Positions 1-11,738 of a DNA stretch of 64,000 nucleotides are shown one piece after another; positions within the stretch are counted from its first letter, which is position 1, and the number at the start of each line of letters is the position of its first letter. Both the position numbers and the translations under genes were made by a program. The stretch comes from Waddliaceae bacterium (GTDB lineage: Bacteria > Chlamydiota > Chlamydiia > Chlamydiales > SLFE01), in assembly GCA_963771045.1 (NCBI GenBank), contig CAVYRW010000002.1:28251-92250 (forward strand), written 5' to 3'. The notes under the pieces were generated by a model. It searched no databases and was not told the DNA's origin. It saw only the letters and a list, made by a program, of their open reading frames with translations.

Positions 1-4
1 TCGA

Positions 5-1378
5 TTAAAAAATCTTCTTAAGCTCATGGCGGTGTTTGGGGTCGCTGATCACAATAACAGTATCGCCGGGCGATATGATGCGATTGCCGTTGGCGATCAT
101 CACCCTCCCTCGGTTTTGGATCACTGCGATCAAAAAATCATCAGGAAGATGCCCTCCCAACTCTGAAATGGGTATTCCTATCACAGGAGATTCGCTGGAA
201 ACGGTAATTTCCAGAATTTCGGCCCGATCTTCATAAAGCGACACAAGCGATGTCAAAGTTGTGGATAAGGCAATACTCAAAATTCTGTTTCCGGCCATGA
301 TACGCGGAGAAGTTGTGTGCTCCAATCCAAGACGGGATACGATGGAAGCGTAGCTGGCATTCGAGAGTTGAATAATGACCTGATTGCATCCCGTTTCCTT
401 GGCCAAAAGCCCACCGAGTGCATTGATTTCATCGCTGCGGGTGCTGACGATAAACGCATCGGCATTTCCAATCTTTTCCGATTGCAGAAAGTCGAGATTT
501 GTTCCGTCTGCATTAATGATCGTTGCGTTAGGCAGGATCTCGGAGAGCTGCCAGCACTTATCTCTGTCGATTTCGATCAGACGAATCGATACATCAAGAT
601 TTTCCAAAAGCTTTGCCAAATTGACCGCAGTGCGGGATCCCCCCATAATCACAACCGACTTGACGGTTTTTTGGGATACCCCGAAATAACTGTGGACCTC
701 TCCGATAACATCCGTCTCCCCGATTAGGGTCAATTCATCTCCAGGATGGATGCAATCGTTTCCGTGAGGAAAAATAATCTCACGGCTTCCCTGCTGCAAA
801 TAATCGTGCTGCCGGCTTTTTTTACGGCTGATCAACCCCGCCATCATTCCGCTTGGCAATTCGAGTTTTGAGAGGGGAATGTCGGATTTCCTCCAGGACG
901 AGGGTATCAACACTGTCCTCAGCTGCACAGCGCCGTGGGCGAAAGTCTCGATGCGAAGGGATCCGGAACTCACCAAATATTTCTCAATTTCATTGGCAAC
1001 CAATAACTCGGGACAAATAAAGTCGTCGACATCGAAAAGTCTTCCGAAATCCAGACGGGTGCGGTTTAAATAACTGTTATCCCGAACCCGGGCGATCGTC
1101 CTGGGGTATCCCAGATTTTTGGCCGTCGAACAGCACACGAGATTTGTCGAGTCTTCATCGGTAAGGGCGACCAAAAGCTTGGGAGAATGTTCAAGCAGAT
1201 TGTCAAGCAGCTGCCAGTCGACACCCGACCCTTCCCTAGTCGCGATGTCGGAGTTCCAGGCAGCCTGTTCAAGCCTTTTGGGATTGATATCGACTAAAAG
1301 AACATTATGATCTTCTTTTGAAAGAAGTCCCGAGATATAACGCCCTGTTTGTCCGGCCCCTACGATGACAACATTCAT
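5..1378 (-). CDS. trkA: Trk system potassium uptake protein TrkA
   Basis: 457 aa with two RCK N/C units; N-terminal GAGQTG and second MGGSRTA nucleotide-binding motifs. Confidence 0.92.
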   Translation of the reverse strand: MNVVIVGAGQTGRYISGLLSKEDHNVLLVDINPKRLEQAAWNSDIATREGSGVDWQLLDNLLEHSPKLLVALTDEDSTNLVCCSTAKNLGYPRTIARVRDNSYLNRTRLDFGRLFDVDDFICPELLVANEIEKYLVSSGSLRIETFAHGAVQLRTVLIPSSWRKSDIPLSKLELPSGMMAGLISRKKSRQHDYLQQGSREIIFPHGNDCIHPGDELTLIGETDVIGEVHSYFGVSQKTVKSVVIMGGSRTAVNLAKLLENLDVSIRLIEIDRDKCWQLSEILPNATIINADGTNLDFLQSEKIGNADAFIVSTRSDEINALGGLLAKETGCNQVIIQLSNASYASIVSRLGLEHTTSPRIMAGNRILSIALSTTLTSLVSLYEDRAEILEITVSSESPVIGIPISELGGHLPDDFLIAVIQNRGRVMIANGNRIISPGDTVIVISDPKHRHELKKIF

Positions 1379-1446
1379 ATGTTATTTCATAGCACATCTG
1401 CCAAATCTTCTCCAAGCAATGCTGTCAACATAAGGGAAATCGTGCC

Positions 1447-1570
1447 CATGCCTACTTCCCATAAGATGAATTATATGAATGTATTCCGATATATCATAAC
1501 TTATTGAAAATGCAAGAATTACATATTTCAGAAAAACTTATGGGGAATAGGCATGTCTTAAGACATGCCT
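1447..1570. repeat. Imperfect 19-bp inverted repeat pair plus adjacent perfect 22-bp palindrome (MITE-like or operator)
   Basis: CATGCCTACTTCCCATAAG (1447-1465) vs CTTATGGGGAATAGGCATG (1537-1555), 2 mismatches; AGGCATGTCTTAAGACATGCCT (1549-1570) is a perfect palindrome. Confidence 0.6.
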
Positions 1571-1621
1571 CTCGTCAAAATTTTCGAAATCTAACCTCCA
1601 TCTGTAGCGCCCAGCCTCAGG

Positions 1622-1641
1622 TTAGGTCACAATCACGGGTT
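1622..1641. repeat. Solo end of the MITE-like element at 36420-36582
   Basis: TTAGGTCACAATCACGGGTT is identical to 36563-36582. Confidence 0.7.
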
Positions 1642-1775
1642 ATATTGACACCATTTGTTCTCCAATAACATAAAATAAAATTTATTTTTATAATGGAAAA
1701 AGTAAGTAAACTACAAAAAAAAGACAAGATTGTGTATATTATTCCTTTTTACTTGTATTACAAGGGTTCCAAATA

Positions 1776-4700
1776 ATGCTGATAAATGTAAAAACTAGTT
1801 TTCTCATACTCATTATATCTATTTTTTGTTCGAAGGATGCTTATCGGAACGCACCAGTCGGAATTTCTGAAAGCTCAGTCGATATCATCACAGGCTCTTA
1901 TCTGGAAACCAATACCGATATCGCAATACCCGGCCCTCTTCCTTTCACCTTGAAAAGAGAATTTAATTCCGATGAATCGAGCCAAAGTTATCCCTTAGCT
2001 GAAGGATGGCGTTGGAAAATTCTACACCCTGCCCTCCAAATGCCAAAAGGAACAAACCGGCTGCATCTTTGCCTTTTTACGAATTCGGCAAATCAACTGA
2101 AATCGGTCAAAGTCAATAGAACTGCGACCCTAAGCTGGATTCGTTTTGAACAGAATGGAGACTGGCTGGAGCTTACGAGCCACGACGGGCAAAAGTGGCG
2201 CCTTCTTATCGAAAACGACACCTTAAAAAAAGTCATTGCCCCGGAAGGGGAAGAAATCTCCTATCAATACTCCGGAGGCCAAATTTCATCGAGAGAAACC
2301 GCCAACGGCCACTGCCTCATTAATGAATTCTATGAGCTTGGCAGCAATGAATTAGAAGGCCAAACTATTGAAATCACCGATCCTGAAGATTCCCGGATTG
2401 GAAAAGTGAGGCTTCAAAAAACTGTGACGGACATCGACATGCCGCCGATTGTTATTGCCCGCTACCTCTACTATCCTGGGAAAACAGAGGTGATCAACGC
2501 CTTGGGTATGAAAAAAATCTATCACTTTTCCCAAGACCTTGGCCGCGTATTGGAAATAGAGGTCTACGACAAGCAAATCCCGGTGAGGAAAGAGCGTTTT
2601 GACTGGAAAAGAGCCAAGAGCGGAAAGCCCCTGCTTGTTTTCCACGCCGCTATCAGTCCCGAAGGGACCATTCTTAAGAGCCGAAAGTACGAGTATGATG
2701 AAAACGAGCGCCTCGTGAAAGAAACACTTTCAGGTCGCCTCACCGGAAACCCAAACTCCATCGAAAGCTATAGCCATATAAAAACCTACTCCGAAGATGG
2801 TCTTTTAATCTCCAAAGTCGAAGACAACGGAAGCTATACTTCTTATCGATATGATCCTGAAACTTTTCTTTTAAACGAATCCGAAACCGGCCAAGGACAA
2901 ACTCGTTATTTCCGCACTGAATGCGAATATGATTCCAATGGCATCCTAATCAAAACTGTACAAACAGACTTGAGTTCCGAAAGAAGCGAGCAAAAAATTA
3001 CCCGCATCACTCCAAGCGAAAAGCCTCACTCGGCAGGACTTCCGGAGCTCATCGAAGAGAGCCTTTGGGATGAAAACGGAGAAAAATCAAAGCGGACAAC
3101 ACTAAACAGCTATGCAGCGAGAGGCCAAATCGCCGAACAGGAGTTTTTCGATTCCGATTCGCAGGCAAAAAAGATCATAAGAAAGGAGTTCGACGAGGCA
3201 GGCAGAGAAATTTATCAAAGCGACACATCAAAAGGAGATATTCTAACGGTATACCGCCCGGGAGAAAATGTCGTCGTACAAACCGATATGGAAACAGGGG
3301 AAATCACCGAGTCGCGATACAACTTCCAAAAGAGAATCGTCTGGCGAAAAGTTACAAAACCAGGCGGAAACACGCTGACACAATCCAATCAATACGACGC
3401 TCTAGGCCACCTTACCCTTTCCCGGGATGTTCTCGGAAATGAGACCGTTTTTGTCTATGACAGCCTGGGAAGGCTGATAGAAAAGACCGACCCGCCGGTC
3501 CTGGATGAAAACGACAAGCCGATCCGCTACAGGTCCTCATATTGCTACAACGCCCTCAATCAGATGATCTCGTTTACCGACCAGAACAACGAGACCACTC
3601 ATTTTCATTACACAGCCAGAGACGAACCTTATCTCATCGAATATCCCGACGGTTCGACAGATGAATTTATCTACAATTCCGACGGAACGCTTCGCCGCCA
3701 CAAGACAAGGGAAGGGAAAACCACCATCTACGAAAGGGATGGGCTCGGAAGGGTGACCGAAACCCGCTCTCTTACCGAAAAGGGGGCATTCCTTGAGTGT
3801 CAATCAGCCTCTTATCAAGGCTGGTCATCTATCGAAACTACCGACAGCGCGGGAAATTCCCGGAAGTACAGCTTTAATGAAGAGGAAAAGTTCGACTTGA
3901 AAAAAACAGAAAAAAAAGCTGTACGCATGTCCTGGGATCCCGGAGAGCATCTCAACTACGATTTCAAAAACGACAGGGGACAAAGGACGCTCCAAAAAAT
4001 AATTGTTCAGCCAAACGGCTCCCAGACAGTCAGCACTCTTGACGCTCTCGGCAGGGTTGAAAAGGTGGAGGTAAAAGACCCCTTTGGCACCATGATTGCT
4101 AAAAAAGAGTGCCGCTACGACGGCGTCGGAAATATCACCCTGCAAAGGGATATGGCATCTTCAAATACTTTTATGGAAATTAGGTGGGCTTACTGGCCCG
4201 GGGGACATGTCAAACAAAAAACCGAAAACGGCAGCACCTTTTCCTATGAGTACAACCGGCTGGGTAAACTGACAAAGGTAGTGAAACCCGACGGCGTTTC
4301 TCTTTCTTATGTCTATCATCCAAGCGGGGATCTGGAAAGGATTGTCTCTTCCGACGGCACCATTGATGCCGAATATGTCTACGACAACCAGCGCCGTGTC
4401 GTTCAAGCTGTCGACCATGTCGCCTGCTCCTCCACTCTCCGAGAATACGACAGCGAAGGGCGGATGATCCGCGAGGTCCTCGGCAACAATTTGGAAATCA
4501 TCAACGCTTATAACGAAAAAGGAAAGCGGGTGAAAATGACCCTTCCCGACGCCTCCGGTGTTGCCTACGACTACGACGGCAAAAAACTCACAGCTGTCCA
4601 CAGACTGGACGCAGACGGACACACATCCTATTCCCACAAATATAAAGCTTACAATTCCAAAGGATATTTGAAAGAGGCCAAGTTCATCAAAAAATGCGGG

Positions 4701-6479
4701 AAGCTCGCCATAAAGAGAACTCAGGAGAACCGCCTGGAAAAGTTGTCGACACCATATGTCAACCAACAAATGACCTATGACAATGGTAAGCTTGTTCATG
4801 TCGCCACAAACCACAGTTCTTTTGAGAAGAAACACAAAGCCGCCTATGCCTACAACGACCTCGGCCAGCTGATTCAAGACGGAGGAAAAGCTCTCGATTA
4901 TGACTCCGCGGGCAATCTTCTGACAAAAGGATCACAGACATTTGAACTCAACGAATCTCATCAGGTCGTCAAAGCAAAGGATGCGTGCTACGGCTATGAT
5001 CAAAACGGCAATCTCGTTTTCAAAGATGAAAACGGCTCTCATACCGCCTACTACTACGACGCTTTAGACAGGTTGATAGAAGTTCAGACGGAAGACAAAA
5101 CAATCACCTATGCCTACGATCCCTTTCACAGGAGGCTCAGCAGGCAAATCATGGGAGAAGATCCTATGCACTTTATTTTCGACGGCGACAATGAAATCGG
5201 CTTGGCAAACGCCGCTTTCGATATTCAAGAGCTTAGGATTTTGGGCCTCGGCCTCGGCGCAGAAATCGGAGCGGCCGTTGCAATTGAAATCGAAAAGCAC
5301 GTTTTCCTCCCCATACACGATCACAGAGGATCGGTGGTCTCCCTCGTCGATACCTCCAATAAAAAAGTGCGCGAAATTTATCAATATGATGCCTACGGCA
5401 AAGAAACGATCATGACTAGGCAGGGAAAAAAACTCCATCCCGAAGACGCGATCAATCCCTGGCGTTTTTCCGGAAAGAGGATCGATGTCGATACCGGACT
5501 CATCCATTTTGGAAAAAGGGAGTACGCCCCTTCCCTTTGCCGCTGGATTTCTCAGGACCCTCTCGGTTTTTTCGACGGTGTCAACCGCTATGCTTTTGCT
5601 CGCTGCAATCCCATGCAGAATATCGACTTGTACGGACTCTTTTCCCTTAAAGGAGTTTGGGAGACAATCAGCAGCGCTGCCAAGCACATAAAGAATTACG
5701 CCGCCGACTGCTTTAACGCCTGTTTCGAATCGTTCCACCCGCTGGAAACACTCTATCGCTACCTGCATGAAATCGGTAATTTTCTTGTCGGAGAGAGGTA
5801 TTTGATTCTTTCTGGCCTCATCACCTCGGAATCCCATACAGGTATTTACGGAGGAGGATTCGAACCGCATGAAAAGTATCGCATTACATTTATCAACGGA
5901 ATTTTAACTGCCGCAAAGGATCTGGAAAACAACCTTGCCCTCATTTCCCAATCCCATGGAGGCTGCAACGTTCACTACTGCCATGTCGGCACGAAAGGGT
6001 GGACATGCGACTTGATCCGCTCTGTCTTTTCCAAATTCGGGGACGTCTCGAAAGAAGCTAAAGCTCTCGCTCAAATCTGGCGGGACCTCATCGAGGACAT
6101 GGGGGGCGTCGACAGCGGCGGCATCATATTCCACTACGCCCACAGTTTAGGAGGGACAGAGACACTGCATGCCAAATATCTGCTCTCTCCTGAGGAGCAG
6201 AGGATGATCCGCGTGATCACTATGGGATCGCCCACGCTCATTCCGGACGACGGCTTCCACAGCGTTATCAACATTATCAGCTGCCGGGACATCATCTCGA
6301 TTTTCGACCCCATCAACTTTATCTATTCCCTTATTTTCGGCGCCTCCCACGTCTTTTTTGTCGGTTCCCACTGGGACGGCTGGCCCATAATCGACCACAC
6401 CTTTTTCGGATACTGGGAGCACTGGAAAGAAAACTTTTGGCAAGAATACGAAGACATCCTGAATGAGCTTTTTCAGTAA
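1776..6479 (+). CDS. RHS/YD-repeat protein with C-terminal alpha/beta-hydrolase-like domain
   Basis: 1567 aa; many YDxxGR repeats; core end RWISQDPLGFFDGVNRYAFARCNPMQNIDLYGL; C-terminal domain contains AHSLGG. Confidence 0.9.
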   Translation: MLINVKTSFLILIISIFCSKDAYRNAPVGISESSVDIITGSYLETNTDIAIPGPLPFTLKREFNSDESSQSYPLAEGWRWKILHPALQMPKGTNRLHLCLFTNSANQLKSVKVNRTATLSWIRFEQNGDWLELTSHDGQKWRLLIENDTLKKVIAPEGEEISYQYSGGQISSRETANGHCLINEFYELGSNELEGQTIEITDPEDSRIGKVRLQKTVTDIDMPPIVIARYLYYPGKTEVINALGMKKIYHFSQDLGRVLEIEVYDKQIPVRKERFDWKRAKSGKPLLVFHAAISPEGTILKSRKYEYDENERLVKETLSGRLTGNPNSIESYSHIKTYSEDGLLISKVEDNGSYTSYRYDPETFLLNESETGQGQTRYFRTECEYDSNGILIKTVQTDLSSERSEQKITRITPSEKPHSAGLPELIEESLWDENGEKSKRTTLNSYAARGQIAEQEFFDSDSQAKKIIRKEFDEAGREIYQSDTSKGDILTVYRPGENVVVQTDMETGEITESRYNFQKRIVWRKVTKPGGNTLTQSNQYDALGHLTLSRDVLGNETVFVYDSLGRLIEKTDPPVLDENDKPIRYRSSYCYNALNQMISFTDQNNETTHFHYTARDEPYLIEYPDGSTDEFIYNSDGTLRRHKTREGKTTIYERDGLGRVTETRSLTEKGAFLECQSASYQGWSSIETTDSAGNSRKYSFNEEEKFDLKKTEKKAVRMSWDPGEHLNYDFKNDRGQRTLQKIIVQPNGSQTVSTLDALGRVEKVEVKDPFGTMIAKKECRYDGVGNITLQRDMASSNTFMEIRWAYWPGGHVKQKTENGSTFSYEYNRLGKLTKVVKPDGVSLSYVYHPSGDLERIVSSDGTIDAEYVYDNQRRVVQAVDHVACSSTLREYDSEGRMIREVLGNNLEIINAYNEKGKRVKMTLPDASGVAYDYDGKKLTAVHRLDADGHTSYSHKYKAYNSKGYLKEAKFIKKCGKLAIKRTQENRLEKLSTPYVNQQMTYDNGKLVHVATNHSSFEKKHKAAYAYNDLGQLIQDGGKALDYDSAGNLLTKGSQTFELNESHQVVKAKDACYGYDQNGNLVFKDENGSHTAYYYDALDRLIEVQTEDKTITYAYDPFHRRLSRQIMGEDPMHFIFDGDNEIGLANAAFDIQELRILGLGLGAEIGAAVAIEIEKHVFLPIHDHRGSVVSLVDTSNKKVREIYQYDAYGKETIMTRQGKKLHPEDAINPWRFSGKRIDVDTGLIHFGKREYAPSLCRWISQDPLGFFDGVNRYAFARCNPMQNIDLYGLFSLKGVWETISSAAKHIKNYAADCFNACFESFHPLETLYRYLHEIGNFLVGERYLILSGLITSESHTGIYGGGFEPHEKYRITFINGILTAAKDLENNLALISQSHGGCNVHYCHVGTKGWTCDLIRSVFSKFGDVSKEAKALAQIWRDLIEDMGGVDSGGIIFHYAHSLGGTETLHAKYLLSPEEQRMIRVITMGSPTLIPDDGFHSVINIISCRDIISIFDPINFIYSLIFGASHVFFVGSHWDGWPIIDHTFFGYWEHWKENFWQEYEDILNELFQ

Positions 6480-6620
6480 AAATCCTCCTCTGGGGACTCT
6501 GTAGTGAAAAAATGATTAACATTATATATCTATTCACTCTGTTGAGTGAACAGACTCAATATATTGAGTAAATCAAGCTCCAATTGGCGTAAATATCGAA
6601 AATGCAGTATATTCTTGATT

Positions 6621-7295
6621 ATGCTGACATTATCGAAATTATTCGGAAAATCCCCTTTCGCCCCACTTTTAGGGCATATGGAACTGGTGGCCGCCTGCGT
6701 CCATAAGACAAACGATCTGTTCGATGCCCTGGAAAATGAACAATACGACAAAGTTGATGAAATCGCCAAAGAGATCTCGAAACTCGAACATAAGGCCGAC
6801 CTTGCCAAAAACGATATTCGCAACCACCTCCCCAAGACTCTGTTCCTCCCTATCGACCGCTCCCACCTGCTCGAGATCCTCTCGATTCAAGACGGCATTG
6901 CCGATACGGCTGAGGATGTCGCTAAACTGCTGACGTTGAAAAAACTGAAAATGCTCGATTCATTCAAAGAACACTTCGAGCCCTTTCTGAAAAAAAATAT
7001 TGAGGCTTTCGAAGGATGCCGGGCCATTATCCAGGAACTGCACGATTTGCTCGAATCCTCCTTCGGAGGAACTGAAGCGGAAAAAGTTCGGGGAATGATC
7101 CACGATATCGCCACAAAAGAACACGAGGCCGACATCCTCCAGCACGAGCTGCTTAAATCCCTCATCAACTCGGAAAGCGAACTCACCTCTGGAACCTTTT
7201 TCATCTGGCAGAGCACCTTCGTCTCCATTGCCACTATTTCAAATCTTTCAGAAAAGCTGGCCAACAGGCTCAGGATGACTCTTGATTTGAAATAA
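6621..7295 (+). CDS. DUF47 / PhoU-like phosphate transport regulator
   Basis: LFGKSPFAPL start and EHKAD/EHEAD motifs; directly upstream of Pit; ATG 6621 preferred over the track start 6546. Confidence 0.85.
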   Translation: MLTLSKLFGKSPFAPLLGHMELVAACVHKTNDLFDALENEQYDKVDEIAKEISKLEHKADLAKNDIRNHLPKTLFLPIDRSHLLEILSIQDGIADTAEDVAKLLTLKKLKMLDSFKEHFEPFLKKNIEAFEGCRAIIQELHDLLESSFGGTEAEKVRGMIHDIATKEHEADILQHELLKSLINSESELTSGTFFIWQSTFVSIATISNLSEKLANRLRMTLDLK

Positions 7296-7342
7296 AGGAA
7301 ATTCCCTGATAATATGAAATTCCATTTTAATCGGAGATCTCA

Positions 7343-8761
7343 ATGACGACGATAACGATTCTTTTCGTTATCACCTTAATAGCCGGTCTATATATGACCT
7401 GGAGCATTGGGGCGAATGATGTGGCCAATGCGATTGGCACTTCCGTCGGCTCGAAAGCCCTGACTCTTAAACAGGCTGTTTGCCTTGCGGCTGTCCTCGA
7501 ATTCTGTGGAGCTTTCTTTTTCGGCTCCCACGTGACAGAAACCATTGAAGAGAAACTGGTCAATCCCCATTTCTTCATCCACGATCAATATCTCCTAGTT
7601 TATGGGATGCTGGCAGTACTGCTTGCGTCCGGCTCATGGCTCATGGCCGCCTCCTATTGGGGCCTTCCGGTCTCGACAACCCATTCGATTGTCGGCTCCA
7701 TGGTCGGCTTCGGAGTCGCAGTAGGAGGCCTTCAGGCCGTTTATTGGGGCAATGTCGGATTCATCGCTTCAAGCTGGATTGCCTCCCCTCTAATCGGCGG
7801 ACTTTTAGCCTACGGCTTTTTTTACTTCATCCGCAAACGGATCTTTTTTGCCGAAAATCCGATAGCGGCAACAAAAAAATTCACCCCTTTTATTGTCTTC
7901 CTATTTGTTTTTACCTTTTCCCTTGTCTTTCTCTATCAGGACATTGAACAGTTCAACTTCAAGCCGTCATTCCTGGAAAGCACCGCCATCGCCCTTGCCA
8001 TTGCCCTCGCTGCCTTCCTCCTTGCCTTTTACTGGCTTAAGGATTTGACAAAACATGCCACAAAGGCGGTCGAGTCGATCCACCATCCCGACATGATGCA
8101 CGAGATCTCCAAGGCAAAACGGTACCTGCAGCGGCTGCAAAGCTACTCTCGGGGCCCCGTGCAAAAAAGATTGTCCAGAATCGTCGATGAGTTCGATACC
8201 GTCTCGGGAGACATCGCCCTCCAATCGACTGAAGAACTTCATGTTCCCGATTTTATGATCATCGAAAAAATCTTTTCGCGCCTGCAAATCATGAGCGCGT
8301 GCATGATGGCCTTCTCCCACGGCGCCAACGATGTAGCCAACGCTATCGGCCCCCTTTCAGTCGCGATGAACGTCCTGATAAACGGCACGTTCGTCCCGGG
8401 CACAAAGGTCTCCGTATGGCTCCTTGCCCTAGGGGGCCTGGGGATCGTTCTCGGCCTTGCGACATGGGGGTGGAGGGTCATCGAAACTATCGGAAGGAAA
8501 ATTACCGAACTGACCCCTACCCGCGGCTTTGCCGCCGAATTTGGCGCCGCGACAACGATTCTGATCGCTTCCCGTATGGGATTTCCCATTTCGGCCACCC
8601 ATACCCTTGTCGGGGCGGTCCTCGGCGTCGGCTTCGCGAGGGGTCTCGAAGCTCTTAACCTCGCCACCATAAGGGACATTATCATTTCCTGGGTCGTCAC
8701 CATCCCCATCGGCGCCGTCGCCGCCGTAATTTTCTTCTACATCATCAATTGGATTTTCTAA
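7343..8761 (+). CDS. pit: Inorganic phosphate transporter (PiT family)
   Basis: Two GANDVANAIG signature motifs; multi-TM. Confidence 0.93.
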   Translation: MTTITILFVITLIAGLYMTWSIGANDVANAIGTSVGSKALTLKQAVCLAAVLEFCGAFFFGSHVTETIEEKLVNPHFFIHDQYLLVYGMLAVLLASGSWLMAASYWGLPVSTTHSIVGSMVGFGVAVGGLQAVYWGNVGFIASSWIASPLIGGLLAYGFFYFIRKRIFFAENPIAATKKFTPFIVFLFVFTFSLVFLYQDIEQFNFKPSFLESTAIALAIALAAFLLAFYWLKDLTKHATKAVESIHHPDMMHEISKAKRYLQRLQSYSRGPVQKRLSRIVDEFDTVSGDIALQSTEELHVPDFMIIEKIFSRLQIMSACMMAFSHGANDVANAIGPLSVAMNVLINGTFVPGTKVSVWLLALGGLGIVLGLATWGWRVIETIGRKITELTPTRGFAAEFGAATTILIASRMGFPISATHTLVGAVLGVGFARGLEALNLATIRDIIISWVVTIPIGAVAAVIFFYIINWIF

Positions 8762-8798
8762 CCTGCATTTTCCACACCTGCTCGTGAAAAATGCAGGT

Positions 8799-10290
8799 CT
8801 AATCGAGTTCTTTGTGAAGCTTGGGGTCGATCGCATCGCGAAGGGCATCGCCCATCAGAGCAATCGCGACAAGCAGAAGCGTCAGGAGCACCGCCGGCGG
8901 CCACAGGAGATAGCTCTCTCCGGGGAAAGCGGTCCTTCCCTCATCCATCAGAACCCCCCAGGAGCAAGACCCTTCTTCCCCAAGCCCGAGAAAAGAAAGC
9001 CCCGCCTCGCTTGTAATCGCCCCCATGACCGCAAAAGGAAGAAGGGTCAGCAGCGGGGGAACCGCGTTCGGAAGAACATGCTTAAACATAATATAACGAT
9101 TGGAGAAGCCCTGGGCTCTGCACGCTTCGACATAAAGGAGGTTGCGCTGCTTAAAAAATTCTCCGCGAATATACCTGCTGAAACCGGTCCAGCCGAAAAG
9201 GCCGATCACCGTCATGACAAGGAAAATGGATTTGCTTTGAACAATCCCGACAACAAGGAGAAGCATAAAAAAAATCGGCATCGATTCCCAGATTTCGAGC
9301 ATCCGGCTCAAGAGGATATCGAGCCGGCCGCCAAAATATCCGGCAACGGCTCCTAAAGGAATGCCGATGATCAGCGCCAGAGAGACCGATAAAATCCCGA
9401 CAACAAGAGAAATGCGAATCCCGAAAATCATACCTGCCGTTAAATCTTTCCGATTGATGCGGGTGACCTCCCACCAGGGAAGAAGCTGATTCAAAGCCTG
9501 GCTGCCGCCGGCATCCTGCTGCCAATGAAAGGGACGGATGAGCGGCATGACCATCCAGTGAAGCTTTAGGCTTTGAGTTTCAAGCCAAATCTGTTTGTCT
9601 CTGTAATATTGAAGCTGCGCTTTTTTTAGGGGCTGATCGGGATTGCCTTTCAGGGAGCCTTCCAATTCATTTGTAATCATCCAAATGCTTTTCTCCCGAA
9701 TTTGAAACAGTGTGGGAAGTTCCTTTTTGCCGGTCTGTTTCATAAGTCTTGAGTTCTGCTCCTTCAATACTTTGTACTCGACAAGGAGATTGAGCTTTTG
9801 ATAATCATTCATGTATTTTAGCTGAAAAGGCCAAGACAGTATTGTTTCTTTAGCTTTAATACTGCCCAAAGTCACTGCCTTTTGTATCATTTTCTGTTTT
9901 TCGTAGCTGAGTTTTGGGTCCGACGCGGGATCGCCCGGAGGAACCAAGATGACATACAGAAAAAGGGCTGCCTGAAGAAGGCAAACGACTATCACGGCTG
10001 TTTTCTTCAACCTTTCAAAAAACACAAAAGCGATGACAAAAAGAGGCAGAGTCACTATGAGAAGATTGAAAAAAAGATCCAGCCATTTCGTGTAAAATCC
10101 CGAATAGAACAAGTAGCGGAATAAAGGAAAATAAAAGACTCCTCCATATGCGGCAAATAAAGGTTTTCCGGATGCCAGAAAAGGAGCATACACCCCAAAT
10201 AAAATAAAAAGACACACCGCGGCAAGACCGGCAACCCCCAGAGGGCGGGACGCGAATTGCCGCCAGTTTCTTTTCCCGTAATCTACTCAA
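8799..10290 (-). CDS. oppC: Peptide ABC transporter permease (OppC/DppC-like); 5' end apparently frameshifted
   Basis: ORF 8799-10217 with EAA-loop YVEACRAQG and HVLPNA; probable true start near 10290 in another frame. Confidence 0.8.
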
Positions 10291-11738
10291 GCGTTATCCT
10301 CGGATCCAGTATTGTATAGGCGATGTCGGCGGCAAGATAGCCGACAAGAGTTAAAAACGACCCGGCAATTGCTGAAAACATGATCACGTTATAATCGCGA
10401 TTCACAACCGAATCGTAAAAAAACTTTCCGAAACCGTCAATTTCAAAAAGGGTTTCGACAATAAGCGATCCCCCAAGAATCACTCCAAGCGATGCCGCAA
10501 GGGAGGTGACTATAGTAATCGCGGCGTTTCTTCCGATATATTTTCTGACAATTGTTAAAAAAGGTAGCCCCTTTGCTTTTGCCGTCCTGACATAATCCTG
10601 CCTGTACACCTCTAAAGCGGCCGTCCTCGCCAAACGAGTCTGGGCCGCCAATGTGCCGTACATGATCGCCACTATGGGCAAAAAGATGTGGCTTGCCACA
10701 TCGAAAAGGCGTTCGGATGTTGTTTGCAACTCGTAAATTTTTTCAGGACTGGTGAATCCGCTGATCGGAAATCCATATTTCAGAGCAACTTCTTCAATTA
10801 AAAAAGGAGCCACGACAAAAATAGGGATGGCATAAAGAATCAGGAAAAAAAAATTGAGAGTGTAATCGGGAAAATAGTTTTGTTTCAGGGCCATGATCAA
10901 ACCGAATAAAAGGCAAAGAAAAAATGTGATAACCATTGGCGTTATCGACAGCGTCAATGAATACTTGAACCTCTTAGTCACTTCAGAGACAACCGTTTTG
11001 CTCGAATCATCACGAAGCGTCCCGAAATCAAGCGTCAATACCCTCCCAAAATAGCGGCTGAACCTTGTCTGGAAAAAAAAGATCGAAACCTTTTCCCAAA
11101 AATCGGGTTCATAGCCCCTGCTCGCTTCATTTTTGTTGTACCAATCCTTCAAATTGTCCGATTTTTTCCAAAGTTTGTTTTTCAGAATCGGATGTCTCGG
11201 GAAGCTGGTTCCTCAAAAACTCGTTTTGCTCGGAAATGTCTTCATTTTCCTTCTGCTGCTCCGAACTCAGGTCTCCGCCTAAAAAAGCCTGCCTCGTCCC
11301 TCCCCGGACAAAAAACCGCATGGCCGATTTTCTGATGGCAAGAGATTCTTCGGGATTTGTCATCGCCTTAAGAAGTTTGGGCATAATGAAACGGGATTGA
11401 TCTCCGAGACGGATTCTCAAATTCTGCAGCTCCTTAAAAGACTCCTCTTTTTTGCCAAGCTCCTCAAGAGTATCTTGCACATAGTCCTGAGAAAGAGACG
11501 GCCATAAATTGAACAATATCGGCAGGGTCAATCCATACCGCTCCCGAAATTGCAGATAACGATCTTCAAGAGACGCTCCCGCTCCCTTTTCCTGTCTTTC
11601 AGCCTGCCCTCTTGCCGAAATTTCCGTCACGGAAGTCGGTTCTCCCGGAGCGAAATTAACGATGATGAAATTAACTAAGATAATAAAGAAAAGCGTCACA
11701 GGCAAAAGAAGCAATCTTCGGATGATGTAATTAAGCAT
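10283..11738 (-). CDS. oppB: Peptide ABC transporter permease (OppB/DppB-like), split by a frameshift near 11150-11170
   Basis: MLNYIIRRLLL N-terminus (11127-11738) plus DYVRTAKAKGL...ILDPRI C-terminus (10283-11152). Confidence 0.85.
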
